Assembly: GCA_965201115.1 (NCBI GenBank)
Contig: OZ241745.1
Coordinates: 1,810,449-1,874,448, forward strand
Origin: Alphaproteobacteria bacterium
Lineage (GTDB): Bacteria > Pseudomonadota > Alphaproteobacteria > UBA7887
DNA length: 64,000 bases
Direction: 5' to 3'
Of this stretch, positions 41,601-54,358 are shown one piece after another. The translations under genes and the position numbers were made by a program. Position 1 is the first letter of the stretch, and each line of letters opens with the position of its first letter. The notes under the pieces were generated by a model. It searched no databases, was not told the DNA's origin, and was given only the letters and a program-made list of their open reading frames with translations.

Positions 41601-42146
41601 TCTGTCTCGCAACACCGCGCCCGTCCTGCGCCGCGCCGAAGGCGCGGACTGCCCGGGATCGCGGGCGTCTCGCCCGCGCGTTTCCGCAAGGCGCGCCCTC
41701 GGCGGGGAGGCGTGTCCCGGCCCCGCCGAGCCCGACAGCGCCGCCGCCACAGCCCCCGGCGCCCGCCCCTCGCACGATGCCCCCCGTAACCCTGACGCCG
41801 TCCGCGCGGCGCGGGAACGCCGCGCCTTCCCGCCCCGGGCCCGGCGGAGCCCCGCAATGCCCCGCAACCGCGCCCCGGAACGGCCCGGGCCCGGCCGGCG
41901 CGCGGGCGCGATATCCGGGTGCGCCGGCCTCCAGGCCGGCATCCCCCGGGCCCCGCCGTCCCGGGAGGCGCTCCCCGAACGATCCACGCCAGCCCGCCCC
42001 GGAGCCCGGCGGATCCCCGCGGATCCCCGCAACCGCGCCGCGCCCGCCGGCGCCGCGCCACCGTGCGCAAACGTGCGGGCGAGACGCCCGCGCACCCGGG
42101 AAGTGCGCGCTTGCGGGGGCGGGGGGCGGCGGGCATAGTGGCGGGC

Positions 42147-42620
42147 ATGTCCGGCTCGGATGCGCCTTGCGCGGGGGCGGCGCCCGGCGGCGCGCCCGCC
42201 TTCGATCTTGCCGACGCCGCCGGCTTTCGCTTCTGGCGGCGCGACATCCTGCGCTGGGGCGACACCGACGGCCTCGGCCACATCAACAACGTCACGTTCA
42301 CGCGGTTCTGCGAATCCGGGCGCATCGCCTATACCGCCGCCTGCGCGCGCGGAACGGGCCTGAGCGCCGACGATTTCGTCGTCGCCCATCTGTCGATCGA
42401 TTTCCGCGCGCAGATGCATTTCCCCGGCGAAGTCATGGGCGGGACGCGGCTTGTGCGGCTGGGGCGCAGTTCCGTGCGGCTCGGGCACGGGCTGTTTCAG
42501 GACGGGCGCTGCACGGCGACCGCCGAGAGCGTGCTGGTCATGTTCGACCGCGCGGCGCAGAAGCCCGCGCCGATTCTGCCCGCGCTGCGCGCGGCGCTGG
42601 AAAACCCGCCGGCCGCATAG
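42147..42620 (+). CDS. Acyl-CoA thioesterase (4HBT/FcbC family)
   Basis: 'RWGDTDGLGHINNV..ESGR', 'IDFRAQMHFPG'. Confidence 0.88.
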   Translation: MSGSDAPCAGAAPGGAPAFDLADAAGFRFWRRDILRWGDTDGLGHINNVTFTRFCESGRIAYTAACARGTGLSADDFVVAHLSIDFRAQMHFPGEVMGGTRLVRLGRSSVRLGHGLFQDGRCTATAESVLVMFDRAAQKPAPILPALRAALENPPAA

Positions 42621-42637
42621 GCGCGCCCCCCGCCGCC

Positions 42638-44488
42638 ATGGCCATCGCGCCGCCGGAGCTGCTCGCGCCCCCCGCGTGGCACATGTGGGCGGTATTCGCG
42701 CTCGCCGCCGCCGCCGTCGCGGCGTTCGCGTGGGAGAAGTGGCCGCTGGAAATCACCGCGCTGGGCCTGCTCTCGGCGCTGCTGGTGTTGTTCCAGGCGG
42801 CGCCGCTCGAGGGGCCGGACGGCGCCAACCGCCTCGGCGCGGCGCGGTTGCTCGAGGGGTTCGCCAACCCCGGGCTGATCGCCATCGCCGCGCTGCTGGT
42901 TATCGGCCAGGCGCTGACGCAGACCGGCGCGCTCGAGGGCGTCGCCGAGCGCCTCTACCGCCTCGGCGGCCGCCGCCCCTCCGCGGTGCTGGCGATGACC
43001 CTCGCGCCCGTGGCGCTGCTGTCGAGCATCCTCAACAACACGCCGGTGGTGGTGATGTTCGTCCCCATCCTCGGCGCGCTGGCGGAGCGCCTCCGCGTCG
43101 CCGCGAGCCGCGTGCTCATGCCGCTGAGTTTCGCGGCGATCCTCGGCGGCATGACGACGCTCATCGGCTCCTCGACCAACCTTCTGGTGGCCGGGGTGGC
43201 GGCGGAGATGGGGCTGCCGGCGGTCGGTTTCTTCGACTTTCTGATCCCCGGCTCGGTGCTGGCGGCGGCGGGGCTGCTCTATGCGATTTTCGTCATGCCG
43301 CGCATATTGCCCGACCGCGCCGACCTGGCGGGCAGGCTGGCCGCCGACGGGCGGCAGTTCGTGGCGCAGATCGAAATCCGCCGCGACTCGCCGCTGATCG
43401 GCGCGCGCGCCGTCGCGGGCATGTTTCGCGGCCTGTCGAACGCAACCGTGCGCGTGGTCCAGCGGGGCGAGCGCGCGTTTCTGCCGCCGTTCGACGACTT
43501 GACGCTCAGGGAGGGCGACGCGGTGGTGCTGGCCGCCACGCGCGCGGCGCTGACCGAAATCCTGGCGCGCCGCGGCGGCGCGCTCGGCCCCGGCGCCGGC
43601 GGCTCGGCCCCCGGCGGCGCGCAGGTACTCGCCGAGGCGCTGGCGCCGCCGGGCTCGCGCATGGCCGGGCAGACGCTGGAGCAATACGGATTTCGCCGCC
43701 GCACGGGCTGCATCGTTCTCGGCGTGCAGCGCCGATCGCGCATGTTCCGCCAGCGCCTCACCGACATCCGCATCGAGGCCGGCGACAGCCTGTTGATCCA
43801 GGGCCCGCCCGGCAAGGTGCGCGCGCTGCGCGCCAGCGGCGACGCGCTGGTTATCGAGCGCACGGCGCAGGCGCTGCCGCGCTACCGCCACGCCGGGCGC
43901 GCGGCGCTGACCTTCGCCGCCGTGGTGCTGGCGTCGGCGACCGCGCTGGCGCCGATCGTCGTGGCCGCCGTGGCCGGCGCCGCGGCAATGCTGGCGCTGG
44001 GCTGCATCGACGTGCGCCAGGCGGCGCGCGCGCTCGACCGCACGGTGATCCTCGCCGTGGCCTCGACCCTGGCGCTCGGCGCGGCGCTGCTCGAGACCGG
44101 CGGCGCCGCGTGGCTGGCGGCGCAAATCGCCGGCGCGCTCGCCGGCGCCGGGCCGGGATGGATACTCTCGGCGCTCTTCATCTCCATCGCGCTGGCCACC
44201 AACATCCTCAGCAACAACGCGGCGGCGGTGCTGTTCGCGCCCATCGCCGCCGTGCTCGCGGGCCGCCTCGGCCTCGACCCGACGCCGTTCGTCCACACGG
44301 TCATACTGGCGGCGAGCTGCTCCTTCGCCTCGCCGATCGGCTATCAGACGAACCTGCTCGTCATGGCGCCGGGCCACTACCGCTTCGCCGATTACGCGCG
44401 CGCCGGCCTGCCGCTCACCGTCTTGCTGTGGGCGGCGTTCACGGCGTTCGCGCCGTGGTACTACGGCCTGCCGCTGGCGGCGCCGTGA
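42638..44488 (+). CDS. SLC13/DASS family permease with two TrkA-C domains
   Basis: 'LNNTPVV', 'GGMTTLIGSSTNLL', 'SNNAAA', 'SPIGYQTNLLV..PGHYRF.DY'. Confidence 0.9.
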   Translation: MAIAPPELLAPPAWHMWAVFALAAAAVAAFAWEKWPLEITALGLLSALLVLFQAAPLEGPDGANRLGAARLLEGFANPGLIAIAALLVIGQALTQTGALEGVAERLYRLGGRRPSAVLAMTLAPVALLSSILNNTPVVVMFVPILGALAERLRVAASRVLMPLSFAAILGGMTTLIGSSTNLLVAGVAAEMGLPAVGFFDFLIPGSVLAAAGLLYAIFVMPRILPDRADLAGRLAADGRQFVAQIEIRRDSPLIGARAVAGMFRGLSNATVRVVQRGERAFLPPFDDLTLREGDAVVLAATRAALTEILARRGGALGPGAGGSAPGGAQVLAEALAPPGSRMAGQTLEQYGFRRRTGCIVLGVQRRSRMFRQRLTDIRIEAGDSLLIQGPPGKVRALRASGDALVIERTAQALPRYRHAGRAALTFAAVVLASATALAPIVVAAVAGAAAMLALGCIDVRQAARALDRTVILAVASTLALGAALLETGGAAWLAAQIAGALAGAGPGWILSALFISIALATNILSNNAAAVLFAPIAAVLAGRLGLDPTPFVHTVILAASCSFASPIGYQTNLLVMAPGHYRFADYARAGLPLTVLLWAAFTAFAPWYYGLPLAAP

Positions 44489-44505
44489 ACCCGCGGCCCG
44501 CCGCG

Positions 44506-45300
44506 ATGCGCGAGTTCGACCCCCGCCGCCTGCATCTCTTCTACGGGACCGCGCGGCAGCCCTGCCCGTATCTCCCCGGACGCGAGGAGCGCAAGGCGGC
44601 GGTCGCGCTGTCCGGCCCCGGCGCGCGCGCATTGCTCGACTCGCTCACCGCCGCGGGGTTCCGCCGCACATATTCCGCGGCGTGGCGCCCGGCCTGCCAC
44701 GGCTGCGACGCCTGCGTTCCGGTGCGCATTCCCGTCGCCGCGTTCCGCCCGTCGCGGTCGCAGCGGCGCGTGCAGCGGCGCAACGCCGACCTGCGCGCGC
44801 GCGAATGCCCGCCGTTCGGCACGCTGGAGCAATACGGCGTGTTCCGCGCCTACGAATCCTCGCGCCACGGCGGCGACATGGCGGCGATGGGGTTCGGCGA
44901 GTTCCGCGCCATGATCGAGGATACGCCCGCCGACACGCGCATGGCGGAGTTCCGCGACGCCGCCGGCCGCCTCGCCGCCGCCGCGCTGCTCGACAGGGTG
45001 GCGGACGGGCTCTCGGCGGTCTATACGTTCTTCGCGCCCGGGCGCGAGCGCGCCAGCCCCGGCGTGTACGCGGTGCTGTGGCTGGTGTCGCGCGCGCGGG
45101 CGCTCGGGCTGCCCTACGTCTATTTGGGATACTGGATACGCGACTGCCCCAAGATGGCCTACAAGACGCGCTTCCGCCCGCTCGAGGCCCTTGTCGGCGG
45201 GCGGTGGCTGCCTTTCGGGCCGCAACGCTTCGGCGCCCCGGCCGGCCTCGGGATGGGCGGCGGCGCCGACGGCGGGGACGGAGACGGGAACGACACATGA
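44506..45300 (+). CDS. bpt: Aspartate/glutamate leucyltransferase (bacterial ATE-like)
   Basis: 'PCPYLPGR', 'GFRR', 'C..CDACVPVR', 'LSAVYTFF', 'YVYLGYWI..CPKMAYK'; alternative GTG start at 44485. Confidence 0.88.
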   Translation: MREFDPRRLHLFYGTARQPCPYLPGREERKAAVALSGPGARALLDSLTAAGFRRTYSAAWRPACHGCDACVPVRIPVAAFRPSRSQRRVQRRNADLRARECPPFGTLEQYGVFRAYESSRHGGDMAAMGFGEFRAMIEDTPADTRMAEFRDAAGRLAAAALLDRVADGLSAVYTFFAPGRERASPGVYAVLWLVSRARALGLPYVYLGYWIRDCPKMAYKTRFRPLEALVGGRWLPFGPQRFGAPAGLGMGGGADGGDGDGNDT

Positions 45301-46439
45301 AACGACGCGATTTCATCGCCGGCGCCGCGGGCGCGGCCGCCGGCGCCGGCGCGGTGTACGGCGCGCTGGCCGGCCGCGCGACGACGCTGGAGACCGGAAG
45401 CCCCGGCGCGCCGGCGCGCGCCCCCGCCGCGGGCGCCGCGCATTTCGAGTGGAAAATGGTCACGACGTGGCCGAAGAACTTCCCCGGTTCGGGCACGAAC
45501 GCGCAGCTGGTCGCCGACCGCATAATGGAACTGTCGGACGGGCGGCTGGCGGTCAAGCTGTTCGCCGCCGGCGAACTCGTGCCGGCGTTCGAATCGTTCG
45601 ACGCGGTGCGCGAGGATGTCGCCCAGTGCGCCCACAGCGCCGCCTATTACTGGGTCGCGAAAAACAAGAGCATCCCGTTTTTCTGCGCCGTGCCGGGCGG
45701 CCTCACCATAATGGAGCACAATGCCTGGATACTCTACGGCGGCGGGCAGGAGCTGTGGGACGAGGTCTATGCTGATTTCGGCGTGCGCGCCTTCATGGCC
45801 GGCAACACCGACACCCAGATGGGCGGGTGGTACCAAAAGGAAATAAACGCCCCGACCGATTTCCAGGGCCTCAAGATCCGCATCCCCGGCCTGGCGGCGG
45901 AAGTGCTGAACCGCCTCGGCGCCACGGCCGTCAACCTCCCCGCCGGCGAGATCATGCCGGCGCTGCAATCGGGCGTCATCGACGCCGCCGAATGGGTCGG
46001 CCCGTGGGTCGACCTGGCGATGGGCTTCTACAAGGTGGCGCGCAACTATTACGGACCGGGCTTCCACGAAGGCTCGACCGCCAACGAACTGCTGATCGGC
46101 GCGCGGCCGTGGGCCGAGCTGCCGCCCGACCTCAAGGAGATCGTCCGCGCCGCGGCCCACGAGGTCAACATGCTCGGCCCGGCGGAGTATTTCGCCCGCA
46201 ACGCCGAGTCGCTCGCGGTGCTGACGGAGCAACACGGAGTCGCGGTGCGCAACTTCCCGGATACGGCGCTGCGCCGCATGTACGCCTTGTCGGAAGACGT
46301 CAACGCGGAAACCGCCGCCGAAGGGGAGCTCAACCGCCGCGTGTGGGAGAACTGGAGCGCCTTCCGCAAGCGCGCGATGGACTACCAGCCGCTCTCGCAT
46401 TACGGCTTCATGCGCAACCGCGCCCTCGGCCGCGCCTGA
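45297..46439 (+). CDS. TRAP transporter substrate-binding protein (TakP-like), Tat-exported
   Basis: 'KRRDFI' Tat motif; 'WKMVTTWP', 'QMGGW', 'GLKIRIPG', 'IDAAEWVGP'. Confidence 0.9.
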   Translation: MKRRDFIAGAAGAAAGAGAVYGALAGRATTLETGSPGAPARAPAAGAAHFEWKMVTTWPKNFPGSGTNAQLVADRIMELSDGRLAVKLFAAGELVPAFESFDAVREDVAQCAHSAAYYWVAKNKSIPFFCAVPGGLTIMEHNAWILYGGGQELWDEVYADFGVRAFMAGNTDTQMGGWYQKEINAPTDFQGLKIRIPGLAAEVLNRLGATAVNLPAGEIMPALQSGVIDAAEWVGPWVDLAMGFYKVARNYYGPGFHEGSTANELLIGARPWAELPPDLKEIVRAAAHEVNMLGPAEYFARNAESLAVLTEQHGVAVRNFPDTALRRMYALSEDVNAETAAEGELNRRVWENWSAFRKRAMDYQPLSHYGFMRNRALGRA

Positions 46440-46531
46440 ACGTCTTCTCCCCCTCCCCCCCCCCCCTCCCGCGCGCCGCGCGCGCCGCGCGGGATACGCA
46501 GCGCCCCAATACGTCGAAAGGACCGCCGATC

Positions 46532-47620
46532 ATGACGAAATCCACGAGCCGCCGGGGCTTTCTGTCCGCCGCCGCGGCCGGCGCCGCCGCCGCGGCGCTG
46601 CCCGCCCCCGCCATAGCCCAGGGCCGCGTGCGCTGGAAGATGGTCACCACGTGGCCGCGCAACTTCCCCGGCCTCGGCACCGGCGCGCAGCGCATCGCCG
46701 ACCGCATCGCCGCGCTCACCGACGGACGCATGGAAGTGCGCCTCTACGCCGGCGGCGAGCTGGTTCCGCCGTTCGAATCCTTCGACGCGGTGCGCAACGG
46801 CATCGCCGAAATGTCGCACGGCGCCGCCTATTACTGGGTCGCCAAGCACAAGAGCGCGCCGTTTTTCTGCACCGTGCCCGGCGGGCTTACGCAGCAGGAG
46901 CACATGGGCTGGATCTATCACGGCGGCGGCCAGCAGCTGTGGGACGAACTCTATGCCGGGTTCGGCCTCAAGGCCTTTCTCGCCGGCGGCACCGGCGTGC
47001 AGATGGGCGGCTGGTTCCAACGGGAAATCGCCGGCCTCGAGTCCTTCCGGGGCCTCAAGATGCGCATTCCCGGCCTCGGCGCCGAGGTCGTCAACCGCCT
47101 CGGAGCCACGGCCGTAAACCTGCCCGGCGGCGAGATCATGCCGGCGCTGCAATCCGGCGTCATCGACGCCACCGAATGGGTCGGGCCGTGGAACGACCTC
47201 GCCTTCGGCTTCCACAAGGTGGCGAAGTTCTATTACGGCCCCGGCTTCCACGAACCCAGCTCGGCGCTCGAAACCATCGTCCACAAGGAAAAATTCGAGG
47301 CCCTGCCGGGCGACATGCAAGCCGCGGTCGAAAACGCCTGCATGGCCGAAAACGGCTACATGCTGAGCGAGTTCACCGCCGCCAACGGCGCCGCCCAAAC
47401 GGTACTGACCGAGCGCCACGGCGTCCGCATCGGCTCGTTCCCCGACGACGTCATGCGCGGAGCGTTCGCCGTGGCCGAGGACGTGCTGGCCGAAACCGCC
47501 GCCGAAGGGGAGCTAGCGCGGCGCATCTACGACAGCTGGTTCGCCTTCCGCCGCGAGGCCGTCGCGCGCGGCCCCTACGCCGAACAGGGCTACATGAACA
47601 AGCGCGCGCTCGGCGGATAG
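46532..47620 (+). CDS. TRAP transporter substrate-binding protein (TakP-like), Tat-exported, second paralog
   Basis: 'SRRGFL', 'PAPAIAQ', 'WKMVTTWP', 'IDATEWVGPWND', 'PGFHEP'. Confidence 0.9.
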   Translation: MTKSTSRRGFLSAAAAGAAAAALPAPAIAQGRVRWKMVTTWPRNFPGLGTGAQRIADRIAALTDGRMEVRLYAGGELVPPFESFDAVRNGIAEMSHGAAYYWVAKHKSAPFFCTVPGGLTQQEHMGWIYHGGGQQLWDELYAGFGLKAFLAGGTGVQMGGWFQREIAGLESFRGLKMRIPGLGAEVVNRLGATAVNLPGGEIMPALQSGVIDATEWVGPWNDLAFGFHKVAKFYYGPGFHEPSSALETIVHKEKFEALPGDMQAAVENACMAENGYMLSEFTAANGAAQTVLTERHGVRIGSFPDDVMRGAFAVAEDVLAETAAEGELARRIYDSWFAFRREAVARGPYAEQGYMNKRALGG

Positions 47621-47634
47621 CCGCGCGCCGCGCG

Positions 47635-49716
<2,082 letters not shown>

Positions 49717-49737
49717 TGCCACGGCGGCGTCCTCCGC

Positions 49738-49760
49738 TATAATGTTGTAGTATGCATTAC
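49738..49760. promoter_or_regulatory. AT-rich imperfect palindrome with TATAAT in the copA/lipoprotein divergent region (Zur/Fur-family box-like)
   Basis: TATAATGTTGTAGTATGCATTAC; TAATG...CATTA inverted arms; resembles AATGTTATA-N-TATAACATT. Confidence 0.35.
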
Positions 49761-49890
49761 CCGCCCCGCCTATGCGAGCCATGAAGCGCCGTCGGCGCGA
49801 AGCGCGTCCCGCCCGCCCGCGCGCGCAAGGCCGCGCCGCGCAAGACGGCGGAACTCGCCGCTGTTCCCGCCCGATACCGGAGCCGTCGGG

Positions 49891-52800
49891 ATGACCGGCG
49901 CGGCGCGCGTGTACCGATTCCGTATTGCCGCCGCCGTCGCGGCGCTGTTCATGCTCGCGGCTTGCGGCGGGGGCGGCGGCGGAGGGGGCGGCATCGATCC
50001 GGTCGCGGCGCAAGACCTGACCGGCGCCCAACCGCCCGCCGAAACGCCGGCGGATCAGAACGCGCGGGCGGCCGGAATCCTGTCGCGCGCCGACTCGCTC
50101 ATCCTCTCGACGATACACGAGGACGCCCGCGCCCGGGCCCCGATCGAGTTCCGGTTCCGGACCGACGGGAACAGGGGCGAGCTGCGCGCGCGCAGCTACG
50201 AGGTGGCGACCGAATGCGCCGGCGCGCAGTGCAACTGGACCGCGCCGGGTACCGGAAGGGCGGTCGAGATCCCTCTCCGGTATCTTGCGTTTCTGCCGGG
50301 CGCCGCCGCGGCAATCCTCGCGAAAAGCGGCGTCTCGCTGGTCGAGGGCCGGGGAAGCGCCGCGCCCGTTATCGACGTTGCCCGGGTGGCGCCGGTATCC
50401 GGAGCCGTCGAGGGCGCCTGGGCCGAATCGCTGGGCGCCTGGATGGACCACGGCTGGTTCGCCGTGCAACAGGAAGGAGCGCAAATCGGCAATTACGACG
50501 TAACCGCGCGATACGCGATCGCCGGCGGCGATCTGACCGGGAGCCTGCCGGGCGTGGCCGCGACGTGGACCGGCCTTATGGTCGGCGCGCCGCGAGGCGG
50601 CGATTTCCGCAACGGCGTCCTGCAAGGCGACGCCAGGCTGACGCTCACCTTTGCGGGCAACGACCCGCGGCTCGGGGCGGCGTTCTCGAACATCGTCGAT
50701 CTCCGCAAGGGCACGGCGTACGTCACGACCGATGTACGTTTCGATAACATATTCCTCACGCGGACCGCGGCGGGCGCGTATCGGGCGGGCGCCGCCGGCA
50801 ACCGCATCCAGGGCGGATTCTACGGGCCGAACCACGCCGAGACCGCGGGTATATTCGAGCAGGCCGGCATAACCGGCGCATTCGGCGCGAAGCGGGATCC
50901 TGCGGTATTCGCTTCCACGGTGTTCGTTTCCACGATACACGGCGCGACGAACGCATTGAAGTTTCCCGGTTTCGAAGTGCTGCCCGTTTGCATCGGGGCG
51001 CAATGCCGATGGCGCATACCCGAGACCGCCGTCACCGAGGTCGTCGGGCTGGAATACTTGGATATTGCGCCCGACACGAATGGAGAAACGGAATCTTTCG
51101 CAAGGCGCGGCATCGAGATACACAAGGGCCGCGGAAAGCCCCGGCAGGATACGGAAGGCGACGCGGAAATCGAGTATTACATCGCCAGGACAGGGATGGG
51201 GATGGAGCATGCGTCCTTCGCGTTGGCGCAAGGTATGTGGAACAGAACCGACAATGTCGAAATTGTCGGCCGATTCGGTATAGCGGGCGGTAGCCGTTTG
51301 AGCGGCGCGCCGCCGCGCTCGCCCGGCATATCGGCCCGCTGGAGCGGGCTCATGGTCGGCGCGCCGAAAGGCGGCGACTACCGCGGCAACGTTCTGGTCG
51401 GCAACGCTGCCTTGACCTACAATTATTCGGACGCGAACCCGACACTCGACGCGGAATTCTCGAGTATCGAGAATATCGAGCAAGGCAAGACATATTCCCC
51501 GTCGAGCATGCGATTCGACGACGTACCCGTTGCGCGCGACGGTTCGTATCGGAAGGGCGAGGTCGGCGACCGTATCCATGGCGGCTTTTTCGGCCCCGGC
51601 CACGACGAAGCGGCGGGGGCGTTCGAGCAACACGGCATTGTCGCGGCGTTCGGCGCAAAACGGGAACGCGGGGTATTCGTTACCGCGGTACAGGGCGAAG
51701 ATTTTCCCGATTCCGGAGTTCTGCCCGTTTGCCTCGATACGCAGTGCCGGTGGCTCATGCCCGGCAGCGATATTTCCGGGATCGTCGCCCGGGAACATTT
51801 GGAAGTTGCGCCGGTTTCATCCGAAGAGTCGGCGGTCCCCGGGGGCGGCGTCGAGATAGTCAGAGGCCGCGGAGATCTCGACATAGAGATAACCGCGGGC
51901 CGCGGCGAGCTCGACGATTCGAAAGTCGAATATTACAGGGCCAGGATGGACCGCGCCTCCTTCTCTTTGGCGCAAGCGGCGTGGGGCGGGGCCGGCGACG
52001 CCGACATTACGGGGAGATTCGGGATTGCGGGCGGCGACGCGACGGGAACGCCGCTCGGCAACGTGTCGGCCAGCTGGAGCGGCCTCATGGTCGGCGCCCC
52101 GAAGGACGGCGCTTTCCGCGACAACGTTCTGGTCGGCGACGCCGATCTGGCGTACACATACTCTTCGGATACGGGCGGCGCGATCGACGCGGCGTTCTCG
52201 AATATAGAGAATGTTCGCCAAGGCGCCGCGCATTCCACGCCGAGCGTGCGGTTCGACGACGTGCCCGTTGCGCCGGACGGCTCGTATCGAAAGGGCGGGA
52301 TCGGCAACCGTATCCACGGCGGCTTTTTTGGCCCGAACCATGAAGAAGCGGCGGGAGTATTCGAGCGATCCGGCATTGTGGGCGCGTTCGGCGCAAAGCC
52401 CGCGCCCGCGTTGTTCGCTACCGCGATATACAGCGATATGTTCCCCGATCCTGGCGTCCCGCCTCTCTGCATCGATACCGAATGCCGATGGCGCGCGCCG
52501 GACAGCGGCGGGCCTGTTCTCTTTGCCTTGCGCCACCTGAACATCGAGCCCGGATCGTCCGGAGAGACTCGCGTTTTCGGGAAAGAAGGTATCGAGATCG
52601 CCAAAGGCCGCGGAAAGGCCGGCGATACGGATGTCGAGTATTACAGGGCCAGGATGAACGGCGCCTCCTTCTCATTGGCGCAAGCAATGTGGGACAGGCC
52701 CGGCAACGGCGATCCAGCGGGGAGACTCGGGATCGCCGGCGCCGAGCGTCTGACGGGGACTCCGCCCGGCAACATGTCGGCCAGCTGGAGCGGCCTCATG

Positions 52801-53118
52801 GTCGGCGCCCCGAAGGACGGCGCTTTCCACGATAACGTTCTGGTCGGCGACGCTAACCTCACCTATACATATTCGGATACCGGCGGCATGATCGACGCGG
52901 CGTTCTCGAATATCGTGGATCTGGAGCAGCGCATGGCGCACTCCACGCCGAGCGTGCGGTTCGACGATGTGCCCGTGGCGCCGAACGGCTCCTATCGAAA
53001 GGGCGGGGCCGGTAACCGTATCCACGGCGGCTTTTTCGGCTCCGGCCGCGACGAAACGGCGGGAGTATTCGAGAAAGAGGGTATAATCGGCGCGTTCGGC
53101 GCGAAGCGCGGCGAGTAG
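49891..53118 (+). CDS. Surface lipoprotein with four tandem TbpB-like handle+barrel lobes
   Basis: Lipobox LAAC + poly-Gly; four repeats of 'W.GLMVGAP..G....N.L.G.A.LTY..DA.FS.I..RFD.V..GNRI.GGF.GP.H.E.AG.FE..GI.GAFGAK', each preceded by a C-x4-C-x-W motif. Confidence 0.8.
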   Translation: MTGAARVYRFRIAAAVAALFMLAACGGGGGGGGGIDPVAAQDLTGAQPPAETPADQNARAAGILSRADSLILSTIHEDARARAPIEFRFRTDGNRGELRARSYEVATECAGAQCNWTAPGTGRAVEIPLRYLAFLPGAAAAILAKSGVSLVEGRGSAAPVIDVARVAPVSGAVEGAWAESLGAWMDHGWFAVQQEGAQIGNYDVTARYAIAGGDLTGSLPGVAATWTGLMVGAPRGGDFRNGVLQGDARLTLTFAGNDPRLGAAFSNIVDLRKGTAYVTTDVRFDNIFLTRTAAGAYRAGAAGNRIQGGFYGPNHAETAGIFEQAGITGAFGAKRDPAVFASTVFVSTIHGATNALKFPGFEVLPVCIGAQCRWRIPETAVTEVVGLEYLDIAPDTNGETESFARRGIEIHKGRGKPRQDTEGDAEIEYYIARTGMGMEHASFALAQGMWNRTDNVEIVGRFGIAGGSRLSGAPPRSPGISARWSGLMVGAPKGGDYRGNVLVGNAALTYNYSDANPTLDAEFSSIENIEQGKTYSPSSMRFDDVPVARDGSYRKGEVGDRIHGGFFGPGHDEAAGAFEQHGIVAAFGAKRERGVFVTAVQGEDFPDSGVLPVCLDTQCRWLMPGSDISGIVAREHLEVAPVSSEESAVPGGGVEIVRGRGDLDIEITAGRGELDDSKVEYYRARMDRASFSLAQAAWGGAGDADITGRFGIAGGDATGTPLGNVSASWSGLMVGAPKDGAFRDNVLVGDADLAYTYSSDTGGAIDAAFSNIENVRQGAAHSTPSVRFDDVPVAPDGSYRKGGIGNRIHGGFFGPNHEEAAGVFERSGIVGAFGAKPAPALFATAIYSDMFPDPGVPPLCIDTECRWRAPDSGGPVLFALRHLNIEPGSSGETRVFGKEGIEIAKGRGKAGDTDVEYYRARMNGASFSLAQAMWDRPGNGDPAGRLGIAGAERLTGTPPGNMSASWSGLMVGAPKDGAFHDNVLVGDANLTYTYSDTGGMIDAAFSNIVDLEQRMAHSTPSVRFDDVPVAPNGSYRKGGAGNRIHGGFFGSGRDETAGVFEKEGIIGAFGAKRGE

Positions 53119-53227
53119 TCGCGGACGCGTCCCGGCGGCGGCGGAGACATGCCTGCGATACCGGTACATTCCCTCGTGGCGGTCGCGGCAGCGCGGCGCA
53201 GCGATTGCGCTGACTCGCCGACACCCG

Positions 53228-53818
53228 ATGCCTGCTGACCGGGCCGCCGCCGCGGGGCCCCGCCGGCGGCGCTGGCGAACGCCCGCCATCTGGCTCGCGC
53301 TGGCGGCGCTCGCCGCGGGCGTGTTCGCGCTCGACCGCGCGGGCGTGTTCGCGCCGCCGCCGCCGACCGACGCCCACGGCCACGTACTCGGAGCCGGGCC
53401 GCGCTTTCTCGTGCGTACGCCGATCGACCGCCTCGCGGGCGCGGAAATCGCCATCGACGGCGTCGCGCGGCGCTTCGACCGCGGCGCGAACGGCGCATGG
53501 CGGCACGGCGAAACCGGCGGAGCGGAACTGTCGGCGCGCATCGCCGCCGCGCTGGAAGCGTTCGGCCGCGCGCGCATCGTGCGCGAAGTCACCGCCTCGC
53601 GGGATGTGAAGGCATACGGCGTCCTGGCGCCGCGCATGTCGGTCGTCCTCTACGCCGACGATTCCGGCGTCCCGCGCGAACGCTATTTCTTCGGCGACCC
53701 CGCGCCCGACGGCCTCAACCGCTACGTGTTGATATTCGGCGAGTTTCTCGTGGTGACCGTGCCCGAATACCACGTGGAAAACCTCGCCGCGCTCGTCGCA
53801 AGCCTCGGCGAAGGGTAG
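53228..53818 (+). CDS. Membrane-anchored periplasmic hypothetical protein (DUF4340-like)
   Basis: N-terminal TM; 'YGVLAP', 'FGDPAPDG..RYV'. Confidence 0.55.
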   Translation: MPADRAAAAGPRRRRWRTPAIWLALAALAAGVFALDRAGVFAPPPPTDAHGHVLGAGPRFLVRTPIDRLAGAEIAIDGVARRFDRGANGAWRHGETGGAELSARIAAALEAFGRARIVREVTASRDVKAYGVLAPRMSVVLYADDSGVPRERYFFGDPAPDGLNRYVLIFGEFLVVTVPEYHVENLAALVASLGEG

Positions 53819-53986
53819 GGGCCGGCTTCCTGGGTGCGCGGGCGTCTCGCCCGCACGTTTCCAACGCGCCGAAAGCCGCCGGGGAAGGCGCGCCGCACGC
53901 CCCTCACCGCCAACACCGCGCCGCCGCGGCGCGCCGCGCCTCCCGCGCGCTTGCGGGCGGCGCGGCGGCGCGCTACGGTTTTCGGC

Positions 53987-54358
53987 ATGATGCCTGTGCT
54001 TTCCGGCGCGGCGCGAATTCGGCGCCAGTGCCTCGCTTGGTTCGCGGTGGCGCGCCTGGCGGCGGCGCAGCTGCATGTGTGGCGACGCACGGCCGGGCGC
54101 GGCCGCGACGCGCATGAGCACGGCGAGGACGAACGCGGCGCGGCGGCGGGAGCGCCGCGCCTGCTTGCCGACCATCCGCCGATCGCGTCGAGCGGCGCGC
54201 CGCGCATAACGCGCATCCGCGCGCCGCCGCAAATTGAGCGCGCCGCCGCAGGCCCCGCAGGCGCTGCCCCGCGCATAACGCGCATCCGCGCGCCGCCGCA
54301 AATCCGTTTCTCCGCGCAAGCGTTTTCTCCCGGCGCCCCGGCGCCGGTAGCCGTATGA
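53987..54358 (+). CDS. Putative leader/arrest peptide with His/acidic patch and two RAPP motifs upstream of zrgA
   Basis: Signal-like N-terminus, 'DAHEHGEDE', 'PRITRIRAPPQI' twice (35-bp direct repeat at 54200 and 54269); stop is just upstream of the zrgA RBS. Confidence 0.45.
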   Translation: MMPVLSGAARIRRQCLAWFAVARLAAAQLHVWRRTAGRGRDAHEHGEDERGAAAGAPRLLADHPPIASSGAPRITRIRAPPQIERAAAGPAGAAPRITRIRAPPQIRFSAQAFSPGAPAPVAV

